Virus record (IMG/VR): IMGVR_UViG_3300025018_000285
Location: 1 to 38,993 of that record
From: a virus
Taxonomy: Duplodnaviria; Caudoviricetes
DNA length: 38,993 nt
Reading direction: 5' to 3' (one strand)
In this document: positions 27,406 to 36,204 of the stretch, piece by piece
Position numbering within the stretch: the stretch's first letter is position 1
Layout of the letters: every line of letters begins with the position of its first letter
Notes under the pieces: model-generated
What the model saw: the letters and a program-made list of their open reading frames with translations, nothing else
The model's database searches: none
What the model was told of the DNA's origin: nothing
Translations under genes and position numbers: made by a program

Positions 27406-29186
27406 TTTTTGTTTTGAACAGGGATGCCATATCCCTGTTCAATTAAAAATCTACTCTCCTCTGTAAGTTCAATGTGATTAGCCCCTCCACCAAAAAGAAA
27501 GTGTTTGGCCCTTGTAACATCATCATTCTCTTTTACAGCTTCTAGTTCCTCTATCTCTTGTTTTAATTTATTTTCAGAAAAGAAAAACACTTCAGATAAA
27601 AATATAAATTCAGCAAGAGCCATTGTTAAATCATCATTAGCCCCTTCAAGTGCTTCTACCCGACCTCTAGCATTATAACCAAAATTTCTAAGTTCATTTA
27701 AAGTTCTAATACTTTTAATTTTTACTCGTTTCTCTTCATCATACATAGTTTTTTCAAATACACCAAGAACATTACCTCTGTTAGTACCCATAGGAAATCC
27801 TTCTACATACTTATGTTTAGATATTTTATGAAAGTAAAATGTTTCTGGATGTGACTTTCCAAATTCTTGGCATAATGTAACCCCAAGTCCAGTTCTTTCT
27901 ATACAAAATTTTGCATTGTTATAGTAAGCTACGACTTCTTTTAAAATATCTCTTAATACAGGAGTACTTACTTTACCTTTAAATTCCGCAACTTGTTCCA
28001 TAGTATCAAGATCAATAACATGAAATCCCGAATAATCCGTAGATCCTCCCGAAGAAACGTCGGCACAGACACCATAATAATGACCTGGGAATGGATCATG
28101 CCAAACCCAAAAACCTTTACAATATCCGATTGATTGTTCAAAATCATCATTTATATCTGCAAAATTATCGAAATCTATTGGAACACCATATTCATCTACT
28201 TGAGTTTGTCTTATGAAATCACATCTTTTAGGATTTTCTACTGTTATTGAATTCAATATATCCGTAGAGAGAAAAGCATTTTCCATTTGACTATGAATGA
28301 TACCTCTAATCTCTATATCGTATTTTCTTTGGCCCAAAGTCTCTAATTGTTCTGCGTGCCATTGGGGGTCTTGATAAAACGGAATATCATCTGTTTCTAT
28401 TTCTATAAGGCAATATTGAGATTCTTTAGGTTCTTCTTTTGCTTTATTAAAGATTCTCATATATTCATTATCAACTGTACCTGATTCCGGTAATGTAGAA
28501 ATAATAAATAATTGTGATGGTTGTGTTTTATCTGTGAATGGAGCTTTAGAACCAGGCCCTAAAGACGGTGCAGACCCTCCCAGGAGCTTACCAGCCGTTC
28601 TTTTTGGATAAAAGGCATACTCATCTAGTACAATCATAGAAGGTGTACCAGATCGAGAACCTTTCTCTGTATTTGGTTTACTTTTTATACTAGAACCATT
28701 TACAAAGTGTATTGTACTTTTATTTTTCTCTTGTGTTTCACTTTTAAGCCACACTGGTAGATTATCATACATAAATTCCATTTTTTCAAGATATTCATTA
28801 GCTTCATCTTGGCCCAAAGAAAATACATTTATTGTTTGCCCTTCAAAAAAAAGACTTCTCCACAAATCATGTGATTGTTTCAAGGTTGAGCATCCAGTTT
28901 GTCTTGTTTTAAAAAATATAAAATATCGTGCCATGAGAAATTTGATTGCCGCTTTTTTTTGCCACTTATAAGTGTTCGTTACAGCAGGAATAGGAATACC
29001 TATTGGTGATTTAAAAAATACATAAGTAAGAAGAAAATATAAAAAACCCGTAGGCATAGCAATACATCTTTCAACTTCTTTTTTAGCTTGTTGTATGCTA
29101 GGTGAGTTTAAATCTATCTTATCTGGATTTGGTACTACACCGAATGCTAATTTTTCTATTTCTTTTTCGCTTAATTGTAAGATCAT
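27402..29186 (-). CDS. terL: Terminase large subunit (T4 gp17-like)
   Basis: Q motif YKWQ, KTRQTGCST, VLDEYAF, IIST, nuclease ADVSSG...DYS, IERTG.G, NDDLTMA. Confidence 0.92.
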   Translation of the reverse strand: MILQLSEKEIEKLAFGVVPNPDKIDLNSPSIQQAKKEVERCIAMPTGFLYFLLTYVFFKSPIGIPIPAVTNTYKWQKKAAIKFLMARYFIFFKTRQTGCSTLKQSHDLWRSLFFEGQTINVFSLGQDEANEYLEKMEFMYDNLPVWLKSETQEKNKSTIHFVNGSSIKSKPNTEKGSRSGTPSMIVLDEYAFYPKRTAGKLLGGSAPSLGPGSKAPFTDKTQPSQLFIISTLPESGTVDNEYMRIFNKAKEEPKESQYCLIEIETDDIPFYQDPQWHAEQLETLGQRKYDIEIRGIIHSQMENAFLSTDILNSITVENPKRCDFIRQTQVDEYGVPIDFDNFADINDDFEQSIGYCKGFWVWHDPFPGHYYGVCADVSSGGSTDYSGFHVIDLDTMEQVAEFKGKVSTPVLRDILKEVVAYYNNAKFCIERTGLGVTLCQEFGKSHPETFYFHKISKHKYVEGFPMGTNRGNVLGVFEKTMYDEEKRVKIKSIRTLNELRNFGYNARGRVEALEGANDDLTMALAEFIFLSEVFFFSENKLKQEIEELEAVKENDDVTRAKHFLFGGGANHIELTEESRFLIEQGYGIPVQNKN

Positions 29187-29257
29187 ATAGATTATATTTG
29201 AGAATTTCTATCATTTTTTATTAAATATAATTGGATACTATAATCTAAGGTGAAAAA

Positions 29258-31345
29258 ATGAATGATAATAAACAATTTTGGAATGATGTAAATAAAATAT
29301 TACAAAAAGATATATTTGATCCTGAGATTCTAGGCTCTTTAAATTCCAAAAATACTAAAAAAAGCAATCAGCAAGCCGAGACTGTTTTAGAATTAGATGA
29401 TGAAAAAAATAAAAAATTTGCTGAATTACTTAGATCAATCAATTCAAGCACCAATGATAAAAATAGCAGATATGACAGAATAGATAAAATTCTTCTTAAT
29501 CCCGAAATAGATGGCTCAATGAATATCTATGCCGACGAAGCAACTACACAGAATGAACATGGAGAAGTTATCAATTTAATTTCAGCAGATGAAAAAGTTG
29601 TAGAAATAGTTCAAAACTTATTTGAAAGAATAGGTGTCCCAGATAAATCGTGGAGCATAATTAAACATATGTGTTCTTATGGAGATAGATTTGATGAGAT
29701 AATTTATCAAGCCGATGGTAAAGGTATTCATTCTTTAAGAGAATTGAATAAAAGATTAGTTTTTAGAGAAGAAGAAAATAATATTTTAAAAAGTTTTTAT
29801 ATTTCAAAAGAAGGTGCCAACAAAGATGATGGTTCTCAAATACAAATGTTTCACTACGATTCACAAGAGAGTGATAAAAAATTAAGAATTTTACCTTATA
29901 GGATTTTACATTGGAGATTAGATAATACAAAATACAATCCTTATGGTCAAGCAATTGTAGACTCGGTAATGTCTGCAATCGAAGAATTAAAGTTATTACA
30001 ACAGTCAGTAATTCTTGCTAGAGTATCAAGAGCGCCAGAAAGAAGAATCTATAGAATCAATGTTGGTCAACAAACTGGTCAAGGTGCTATTCAAGCCGCA
30101 AAATTAATTATAGAAAATTTCAAGAAAAAAAGAGTTGTAGATATTACAAACAATACTACAATCAATAGAGAAGTAGATGTTTTAACTGGTTCTGAAGAAA
30201 TTGTTATTCCTTATAGACAAGGTGAAGAAGCTCATACTATTGATACTCTTCCACAACTTCAAAATTCAGGGGTAGAAGATTTAGAGTTTTTTAGAAGTAG
30301 AATTTTTCCTGGTCTTGGTATTCCAAGGGCTTATTTATTTGATGATACTTTTGCTAACTCAAATACCAACCTTTCAAATAAATCACTTCCATTCGCAAAA
30401 AGAATTCAAAGAGTTCAAAGATATTTTATTCAAGGTTTGTATAAATTAGCTATTATTGAATTACAATTGAAAGGTATAAAATCTAAGAGATATGAAGACC
30501 TTACAATTACAATGAATAACCCATCTAACTTGATGGAAATTCAAAGATTAGATATAGCTACACAAAGATGGAATTTAATTCAATCTATCAAAGCAAATAA
30601 CACAGAAATTGTAATGGTGCCAGATTATTGGATTTACAAAAATATTCTTAATCTTTCAAATGAAGAAGTACTTGAAATGCTGTTGCTTGGAGCCGCACAA
30701 AAGAATAATAAAAACATATTTGATTACCTTCCAGAAGATCAAAGACCTCTAGGATTTGAACAGTTAGATGAATTTTTAAGTATTGCTCCTAACGGAGAAG
30801 AAGGAGATACAAGTGGTGTTCCAGGTGGTGGTGATCTTGGTAGTGACGGCGGAGATGATGATACGGCAGCGGCGGAACTTGATGCGGCGGCGGCAGAAGG
30901 GGGATTTGAAGAACCACAAACTACAGATACCGAGACTCCGGATGCTGAGACTGATACAAATGCAGAGACTGATACAAATGCAGAGACTCCAGAGTTAGCT
31001 TCAACAACTATAAAGATAAAAAAAGGTACTGCTATTTATACAGAAGAATTAAAAAAACAAGCAGAAATGAGAAAGAAAGAATATTTAGAAAAACAAAAAG
31101 AAATGCAAGAGGCGGAGCAGGCTGTAAGACAATTGTTTTATGAAAAAGAAGAGTTGAAGAAAAATGTTTCTAAGAGAACTAAGATATTTTTTAATCTAGA
31201 ATATTTTGAAAATCAAAATGAATTTATTGGTTTAAACAAAGTAAACCCAAAACTTAAATACAGTTATTATGGTGAAGATACTATTTTTATTCCAAATAAA
31301 CAGATTACAAAGAAAAAAAAGACCTTGACAAAAAAGAAAAAATAG
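29258..31345 (+). CDS. Portal protein (T4 gp20-like) with long acidic C-terminal extension
   Basis: PEIDG...IYADE, ILARVSRAPERRIY.I.VG, IDTLP, EDLEFF...L.IP..YL, FAK.I.R.Q; TAAATATA at 29222-29229. Confidence 0.92.
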   Translation: MNDNKQFWNDVNKILQKDIFDPEILGSLNSKNTKKSNQQAETVLELDDEKNKKFAELLRSINSSTNDKNSRYDRIDKILLNPEIDGSMNIYADEATTQNEHGEVINLISADEKVVEIVQNLFERIGVPDKSWSIIKHMCSYGDRFDEIIYQADGKGIHSLRELNKRLVFREEENNILKSFYISKEGANKDDGSQIQMFHYDSQESDKKLRILPYRILHWRLDNTKYNPYGQAIVDSVMSAIEELKLLQQSVILARVSRAPERRIYRINVGQQTGQGAIQAAKLIIENFKKKRVVDITNNTTINREVDVLTGSEEIVIPYRQGEEAHTIDTLPQLQNSGVEDLEFFRSRIFPGLGIPRAYLFDDTFANSNTNLSNKSLPFAKRIQRVQRYFIQGLYKLAIIELQLKGIKSKRYEDLTITMNNPSNLMEIQRLDIATQRWNLIQSIKANNTEIVMVPDYWIYKNILNLSNEEVLEMLLLGAAQKNNKNIFDYLPEDQRPLGFEQLDEFLSIAPNGEEGDTSGVPGGGDLGSDGGDDDTAAAELDAAAAEGGFEEPQTTDTETPDAETDTNAETDTNAETPELASTTIKIKKGTAIYTEELKKQAEMRKKEYLEKQKEMQEAEQAVRQLFYEKEELKKNVSKRTKIFFNLEYFENQNEFIGLNKVNPKLKYSYYGEDTIFIPNKQITKKKKTLTKKKK
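30947..30988 (+). repeat. 18-nt in-frame tandem repeat GAGACTGATACAAATGCA (2.3 copies)
   Basis: Visible; encodes ETDTNA repeats in the portal tail. Confidence 0.85.
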
Positions 31346-31353
31346 TATATAAT
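31325..31353 (+). promoter_or_regulatory. Sigma70-type promoter, likely leaderless transcript
   Basis: TTGACA-17-TATAAT, 7 nt before ATG 31361. Confidence 0.88.
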
Positions 31354-31360
31354 AATAACT

Positions 31361-31678
31361 ATGAACATAATTCACAGTAACAAGCATTTTAAAAGATTAG
31401 TAAAGAAAAATACTTTTACTGTTACGTTTACAAAGAAAACCACTGGAGAAGTGAGAGTTTTAAAAGGTACTACTGACATTGACTATATTATAGAAAATTC
31501 AGATTGGAGACCAACCTTAGCTCCTGCTAAACCAGAAAAGATTAGTAATAATATAACAGTATGGGATTTAGAAAAAAAGGCATGGAGAGCTGTAGATGTC
31601 ACAACAATCACAGAACTTGTAATAGACAATAAAAGAGAGGATATTGTAGTAGGCACTATTCCAGCTTCTGCCGACTAA
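31361..31678 (+). CDS. WYL_2/SH3-like beta-barrel phage protein
   Basis: VTFTKKTTGEVRVLKGT...VWDLEKKAWRA. Confidence 0.75.
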   Translation: MNIIHSNKHFKRLVKKNTFTVTFTKKTTGEVRVLKGTTDIDYIIENSDWRPTLAPAKPEKISNNITVWDLEKKAWRAVDVTTITELVIDNKREDIVVGTIPASAD

Positions 31679-31701
31679 TCAAAAATAAACAACACAACGA
31701 T

Positions 31702-31735
31702 AAAAAGAGACTAAATATTTAGTCTCTTTTTTTTT
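31702..31735 (+). terminator. Intrinsic terminator
   Basis: AAAAAGAGACTAAA-TA-TTTAGTCTCTTTTT plus T-run. Confidence 0.88.
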
Positions 31736-31754
31736 GCTCTGATAAATATACTAT

Positions 31755-32795
31755 GTGAAAATATTTTTAAAAGCACTTATGTTAGTTGGGATAATTCTGT
31801 CGGCTGTTGCCGCTTTTTATTCTATTGGTGGATTAGTTCTAATTTTTAAAGGCAGTCCGAATTCTATCATTGTTCTAGCAGTAGCTCTTGAATTAGCTAA
31901 AGTTATGATCTCAGTATATCTACATATTTTTTGGGGTAAAGCCAAAAAACTTCTACTTGCTTATCTTACATTTGCACTTATAATACTTGCTTGCATTACA
32001 TCACTTGGTATCTTTGGAGCTCTTTCTTCTGCTTATTTTAATAGCACAGATACTACTGAATATTCAACAAAACTAAATACACTTAAATCGAAAATAGATA
32101 TAGAGAATGGTAGAATAACAAATATCAATACTCAAATTGCGGCTATTAGTGCTGTGCCTAAAGAAGATAAACAAGATTGGCATTATTGGAAAATGAATAC
32201 TCTATCTAAAGATGTAGGGAAAATTAGCGATACTATAGACAAATTGAATGATGAAATGCTACCATATAGAGTGAAGATGAATCAAATTAATTCAGAAGTT
32301 GGGCCTCTGAAATATCTTGCTGAATGGATTTATGGTGAAACAGAAAATTCTATAGATAAAGCAGTTCAATTATTTATTGTTATGCTTGTACTCGTATTTG
32401 ACCCGCTTGCACTTTTACTTATATTTGCTAGTATCCATGGAAGTCATATAATTAATGAAGAAAAAAAAGTATCTTATCTTTTAAATAAAAATGAAGAAGA
32501 AATAGAAAAACTAAAAGATAAAGAACATTTAAAAGAAGTTAAACAAGAAATTAAGCATCATTCTGAATCTAGTATAGAGCCTATTGAAAAACCTGTTCAA
32601 GAAACAAAAGAAGAATCAGTTATAATACAGCAACCAAAAGAAGAAATAATGATTAAGCCTAGCGAATATAAAGCAGAAATTAAAAGCACTAAAAAGCTAG
32701 AACTAGAGCCAGAAGATAAATTAACACAAGAAGATGTAGAAGAATCTCTGAGTGATTTTGATAAACAATTAAAGAAGATTAGCTATTTAAAATAA
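31755..32795 (+). CDS. Multi-pass membrane protein with coiled coil, typical of T4-like phages
   Basis: Three N-terminal TM helices, ITS.GIFG.LS, EVGPLKYLA, LVFDPLA; TAAATATA 4 nt upstream. Confidence 0.75.
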   Translation: MKIFLKALMLVGIILSAVAAFYSIGGLVLIFKGSPNSIIVLAVALELAKVMISVYLHIFWGKAKKLLLAYLTFALIILACITSLGIFGALSSAYFNSTDTTEYSTKLNTLKSKIDIENGRITNINTQIAAISAVPKEDKQDWHYWKMNTLSKDVGKISDTIDKLNDEMLPYRVKMNQINSEVGPLKYLAEWIYGETENSIDKAVQLFIVMLVLVFDPLALLLIFASIHGSHIINEEKKVSYLLNKNEEEIEKLKDKEHLKEVKQEIKHHSESSIEPIEKPVQETKEESVIIQQPKEEIMIKPSEYKAEIKSTKKLELEPEDKLTQEDVEESLSDFDKQLKKISYLK

Positions 32796-33472
32796 TGAAG
32801 ACCTTTCAAGAATATTATATAGAACTAAATCTACCTAAAGTATCTCCAAAAGATTTAGAAGATAAATCGTTTACTCTTACAAAAGATAGAGACCTTGATG
32901 AAAAAGGAAATACTTTTTATCATCACAAAGGAATAACAATGCAACGATTTGATTTTTATCACGAAAAAAAAGTATGTGCTGTAAGTTTTGCTGATCTTGA
33001 AATAGGAGATGGTATTAAAGAAATAACTTTCAAAGCAGATGGATCCTATGTTAATATTATGGATTGGGAAAACCCTACTGAGTTTTTCAAAAAAGTTGCT
33101 GTTATAATTAAACACAGTGGCTTTAAAAAATTAGCTTTTTCACCATCTAAAACAATTAAAGATGATTCTAAGCCAACATCGGATTTATTTAGACAACTTC
33201 ATTATTTAAAAACTAAAGGTAATATAAAAGATGAAACTAGGTATAAAGAATTACAAAAACTATTAAAAACAAAAAAAATCCCTTTTGATAAAACTATGTC
33301 TTATTTGGAACTTATGCATTATGCTTTAGAAGAAGCGGCTATCCTATCTGTAAAAGATAGTTCTAGAACAAAGTTGTATGCAAGAATTTTAAAAAGATTT
33401 GGTATCACATTAAAAGAATATGTATTTAATTCAGAAAATCTAAACGCTTATGCAGTATTTGAAGTACAATGA
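32795..33472 (+). CDS. Hypothetical protein with capsid-targeting-like N-terminus
   Basis: MKTFQEYYIE; C-terminal SRTKLY..IL motif. Confidence 0.7.
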   Translation: MKTFQEYYIELNLPKVSPKDLEDKSFTLTKDRDLDEKGNTFYHHKGITMQRFDFYHEKKVCAVSFADLEIGDGIKEITFKADGSYVNIMDWENPTEFFKKVAVIIKHSGFKKLAFSPSKTIKDDSKPTSDLFRQLHYLKTKGNIKDETRYKELQKLLKTKKIPFDKTMSYLELMHYALEEAAILSVKDSSRTKLYARILKRFGITLKEYVFNSENLNAYAVFEVQ

Positions 33473-33870
33473 AAACATTTAAAGAATATTATAAAGAAGT
33501 TAAAAAGAAAAATCCTTGTTGGGATGGTTATGAAATGATTGGTACAAAAAAGAAGAAAAAGAAAAAAGTCCCCAACTGTGTACCAATAGCAGAATCAGAA
33601 TATAAAGGTAAAAAAGTTGAATTAAATAAACCTTTTAGAACACCAGGTGGGCCAAAGAAATATTCTGTATATGTAAAAAATGATAAAGGTAATATTGTTA
33701 AAGTAAATTTTGGTGATCCAAAAATGGAAATCAAAAGAGACGACCCCGACAGAAGAAAAAATTTTAGAGCAAGACACAACTGCGAAGATAAAAAAGATAA
33801 AACTACTGCTGGCTATTGGTCTTGTAAATTCTGGTCAAAGAAACCAGTGTCAGAAATATTAAAAAAGTAG
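33469..33870 (+). CDS. Basic Cys-containing protein with capsid-targeting-like N-terminus
   Basis: MKTFKEYYKE; PCWDGY...VPNCV; VNFGD...RRKNFRARHNC...YWSC..W. Confidence 0.75.
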   Translation: MKTFKEYYKEVKKKNPCWDGYEMIGTKKKKKKKVPNCVPIAESEYKGKKVELNKPFRTPGGPKKYSVYVKNDKGNIVKVNFGDPKMEIKRDDPDRRKNFRARHNCEDKKDKTTAGYWSCKFWSKKPVSEILKK

Positions 33871-33880
33871 TATATAACAA

Positions 33881-34267
33881 ATGATGACAAATAGTGGAAC
33901 ACATATTATACTTGATCTCGAATGGTGCGATAATGAACTAGCACTTGAGACTTTTTACTTCCGTAGAGAACTTTTAAATATTATAAAAGATAATGGAATG
34001 AATCCTCTCGAAGTAGTACAGAAAAATTTTAAAGAAAAATTTTGGCATCTTAAAGGTTATAGTTATACTGCTTTAATTTTACTAGAAGAGTCTCATGTGT
34101 CTATACACACCTTTCCTTTGGAATCAGAGAATAAAAAAGTTGCTATTGATATTTATACTTGTAATTACACTAGAGATAATAAAGAAGGAACTGAAAATAT
34201 AGCTTCTTATTTCATTGAGTTATTTAAAGCTAGTAGTATTAAGAATCACTTAATGCTCTCAAGATAA
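33881..34267 (+). CDS. speD: S-adenosylmethionine decarboxylase proenzyme (class 1b)
   Basis: GTHIILDL..CD, LLE-ESHVSIHTFP, IDIYTC. Confidence 0.88.
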   Translation: MMTNSGTHIILDLEWCDNELALETFYFRRELLNIIKDNGMNPLEVVQKNFKEKFWHLKGYSYTALILLEESHVSIHTFPLESENKKVAIDIYTCNYTRDNKEGTENIASYFIELFKASSIKNHLMLSR

Positions 34268-34370
34268 GGTATAGAAAATCCTTACTCTCTCTCAGATTCA
34301 TTATATCCGAGTAGTAGAGAAAATTTTTAAATTAATATACTAAATCATCTTGACATTAATTTTAGACTAC

Positions 34371-34429
34371 TATACCCTTTCGGGTATATAAAACTAATAT
34401 TTTAAGCAGCTTATACCCTTTCGGGTATA
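34371..34429. repeat. Two copies of the palindrome TATACCC-TTTC-GGGTATA, 23 nt apart
   Basis: 34371-34388 and 34412-34429 are identical. Confidence 0.9.
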
Positions 34430-34442
34430 GTAGAATTTACTC

Positions 34443-34472
34443 TTGACAAAAAGTACTATTTTGTTGTATAAT
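34443..34472 (+). promoter_or_regulatory. Sigma70-type promoter, likely leaderless transcript
   Basis: TTGACA-18-TATAAT, 6 nt before ATG 34479. Confidence 0.8.
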
Positions 34473-34478
34473 AGATAC

Positions 34479-35129
34479 ATGAAATTGATTAATAAAAAAA
34501 CATACAAAGAAACACCTAAGTTAATTGAAACAATCCATACTTGGGAAGCAAAAAGACAAGATAAGAGAAATATAAAAGATCACGCAGTATTTCAGTCTAT
34601 TTTGATTGTAGCTCTAATACTTGCTGGTATGATTTGTGGCAGAATATTAAACGATTCGGTTACTCGAAATCCAGCAGAACATAAACTAATACAAGATATT
34701 CCTGTAAGTGAAGAAAGATACATTCAACCAGATGTTGATTATTTTATTGAAAAGAAAGCAATGAAATATCAAGTAGATGCAATACTTGTTAAAAGTATTA
34801 TTCAACATGAAAGCAGACATTATAAGTTTGCAAAAGGTTCTGCTGATGATGTTGGTGTTATGCAAGTAAGACTTATAAATATGAATAAGAAAGAATTAGC
34901 CGAACCATTTGAATATGATAATAATGTTGATGCAGGTGTTAGATATTTGAAGGGATGTATTGAAAAACATTCTAAATTAGATAAATCTATTTCTTGTTAT
35001 AACATGGGATTAAATGGAAATTACAATTCAAAATATGTAAAACAAGTCTGTACAAATTATTTGTACTATGCTAAAATGTATAATAAACAGACAAACAAAA
35101 ATTTTAAAGAGTGTGAAAAACAGATATGA
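34479..35129 (+). CDS. Membrane-anchored SLT lytic transglycosylase; start revised from 34443
   Basis: TM helix, IIQHES (catalytic Glu), GVMQV, NVDAGVRYL, YNMG. Confidence 0.85.
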   Translation: MKLINKKTYKETPKLIETIHTWEAKRQDKRNIKDHAVFQSILIVALILAGMICGRILNDSVTRNPAEHKLIQDIPVSEERYIQPDVDYFIEKKAMKYQVDAILVKSIIQHESRHYKFAKGSADDVGVMQVRLINMNKKELAEPFEYDNNVDAGVRYLKGCIEKHSKLDKSISCYNMGLNGNYNSKYVKQVCTNYLYYAKMYNKQTNKNFKECEKQI

Positions 35130-36202
35130 AAAGAACAAAGCAAGATTACATAAATTTACTAGAAGAAACAATTCAATACTATTCTGAAAACCCAAGAGGT
35201 ATAAATGATACAGTAGGACTTTGTCAATATAAAACAGACGAAGGTTATTTTTGCCCTGTTGGTAGATGTCTTACAGAAGAAGCATTTAATAATCAATATA
35301 TTTTGGATAATAAAGGTGTAAGAGAACTAGATAGTTCAACTTTTCAAACACTCGTTAAACCACAATATAAAAATTTCAAATTAGAATTTTGGCAAGAACT
35401 ACAACGTGTTCATAATTGGAATGAAAATTGGAATAAAGATGGTTTGAGTGACAAGGGTGAAAAACATATGAAAACTGTAACAATAGGAGATATACACGGA
35501 ACTGGACTATGGAGAGAAATAGTTCAAAAAGAAAAAGATGCAGATAAAATTATATTTGTTGGAGACTATACAGATAGTTATGATAAAACAGATAATGAAA
35601 TTTTTGCTAATCTAGAAGCTTTAATAAGCTTTAAAAGAGCAAATCCAAAAAAAGTTGAATTACTACTTGGAAATCATGATTGGCAATATATGTTTAATGA
35701 CCCATGTTCAGGTTTTAGAAACTCAATGTTTACTAATCTGAATTTGTTTTTTAAACTACATAAAAAATTATTTAATATTGCTTTTCAATATAAAAACTTT
35801 TTATGGACTCATGCTGGTGTAAATCAAGAATGGTTTCAAGCACATCAATATACTTTTAAACATTATAATGAATTAATAAAAGGTGATTATCAAAATTTTG
35901 CTGATTTATTAAATCTTATTATAGACACAAATGCTTATCAAATTTTAGGCACTGTGGGAGAATCAAGAGGCGGAACAGGTTATACAGGCGGCCCATTGTG
36001 GTCTGATATTGCAGATAATACTAAATTCCCTTTATTGAATTATAACTTTGTTCAAATTGTTGGTCATACACCAGTAAGAACAATTTCAAAAGTAAATACA
36101 ACATTGAATGATGATATAGTAGATAGACAATATTATTATGTAGATGTTATGCAAAGTAAATTTGAAAAATTAGAAGATTATTATTTAAAAATGGAGATAT
36201 AA
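35126..36202 (+). CDS. Calcineurin-like metallophosphoesterase fused to an N-terminal Cys-containing domain
   Basis: GDIHG, GDYTD, GNHD, THAG, VGHT; N-term C.Y....G..CPVG.CL. Confidence 0.85.
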   Translation: MKRTKQDYINLLEETIQYYSENPRGINDTVGLCQYKTDEGYFCPVGRCLTEEAFNNQYILDNKGVRELDSSTFQTLVKPQYKNFKLEFWQELQRVHNWNENWNKDGLSDKGEKHMKTVTIGDIHGTGLWREIVQKEKDADKIIFVGDYTDSYDKTDNEIFANLEALISFKRANPKKVELLLGNHDWQYMFNDPCSGFRNSMFTNLNLFFKLHKKLFNIAFQYKNFLWTHAGVNQEWFQAHQYTFKHYNELIKGDYQNFADLLNLIIDTNAYQILGTVGESRGGTGYTGGPLWSDIADNTKFPLLNYNFVQIVGHTPVRTISKVNTTLNDDIVDRQYYYVDVMQSKFEKLEDYYLKMEI

Positions 36203-36204
36203 AA

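Noticed and set aside
34371-34429. Mini CRISPR array
   Set aside because: Only two 18-nt repeats with a 23-nt gap and no cas gene in the window.
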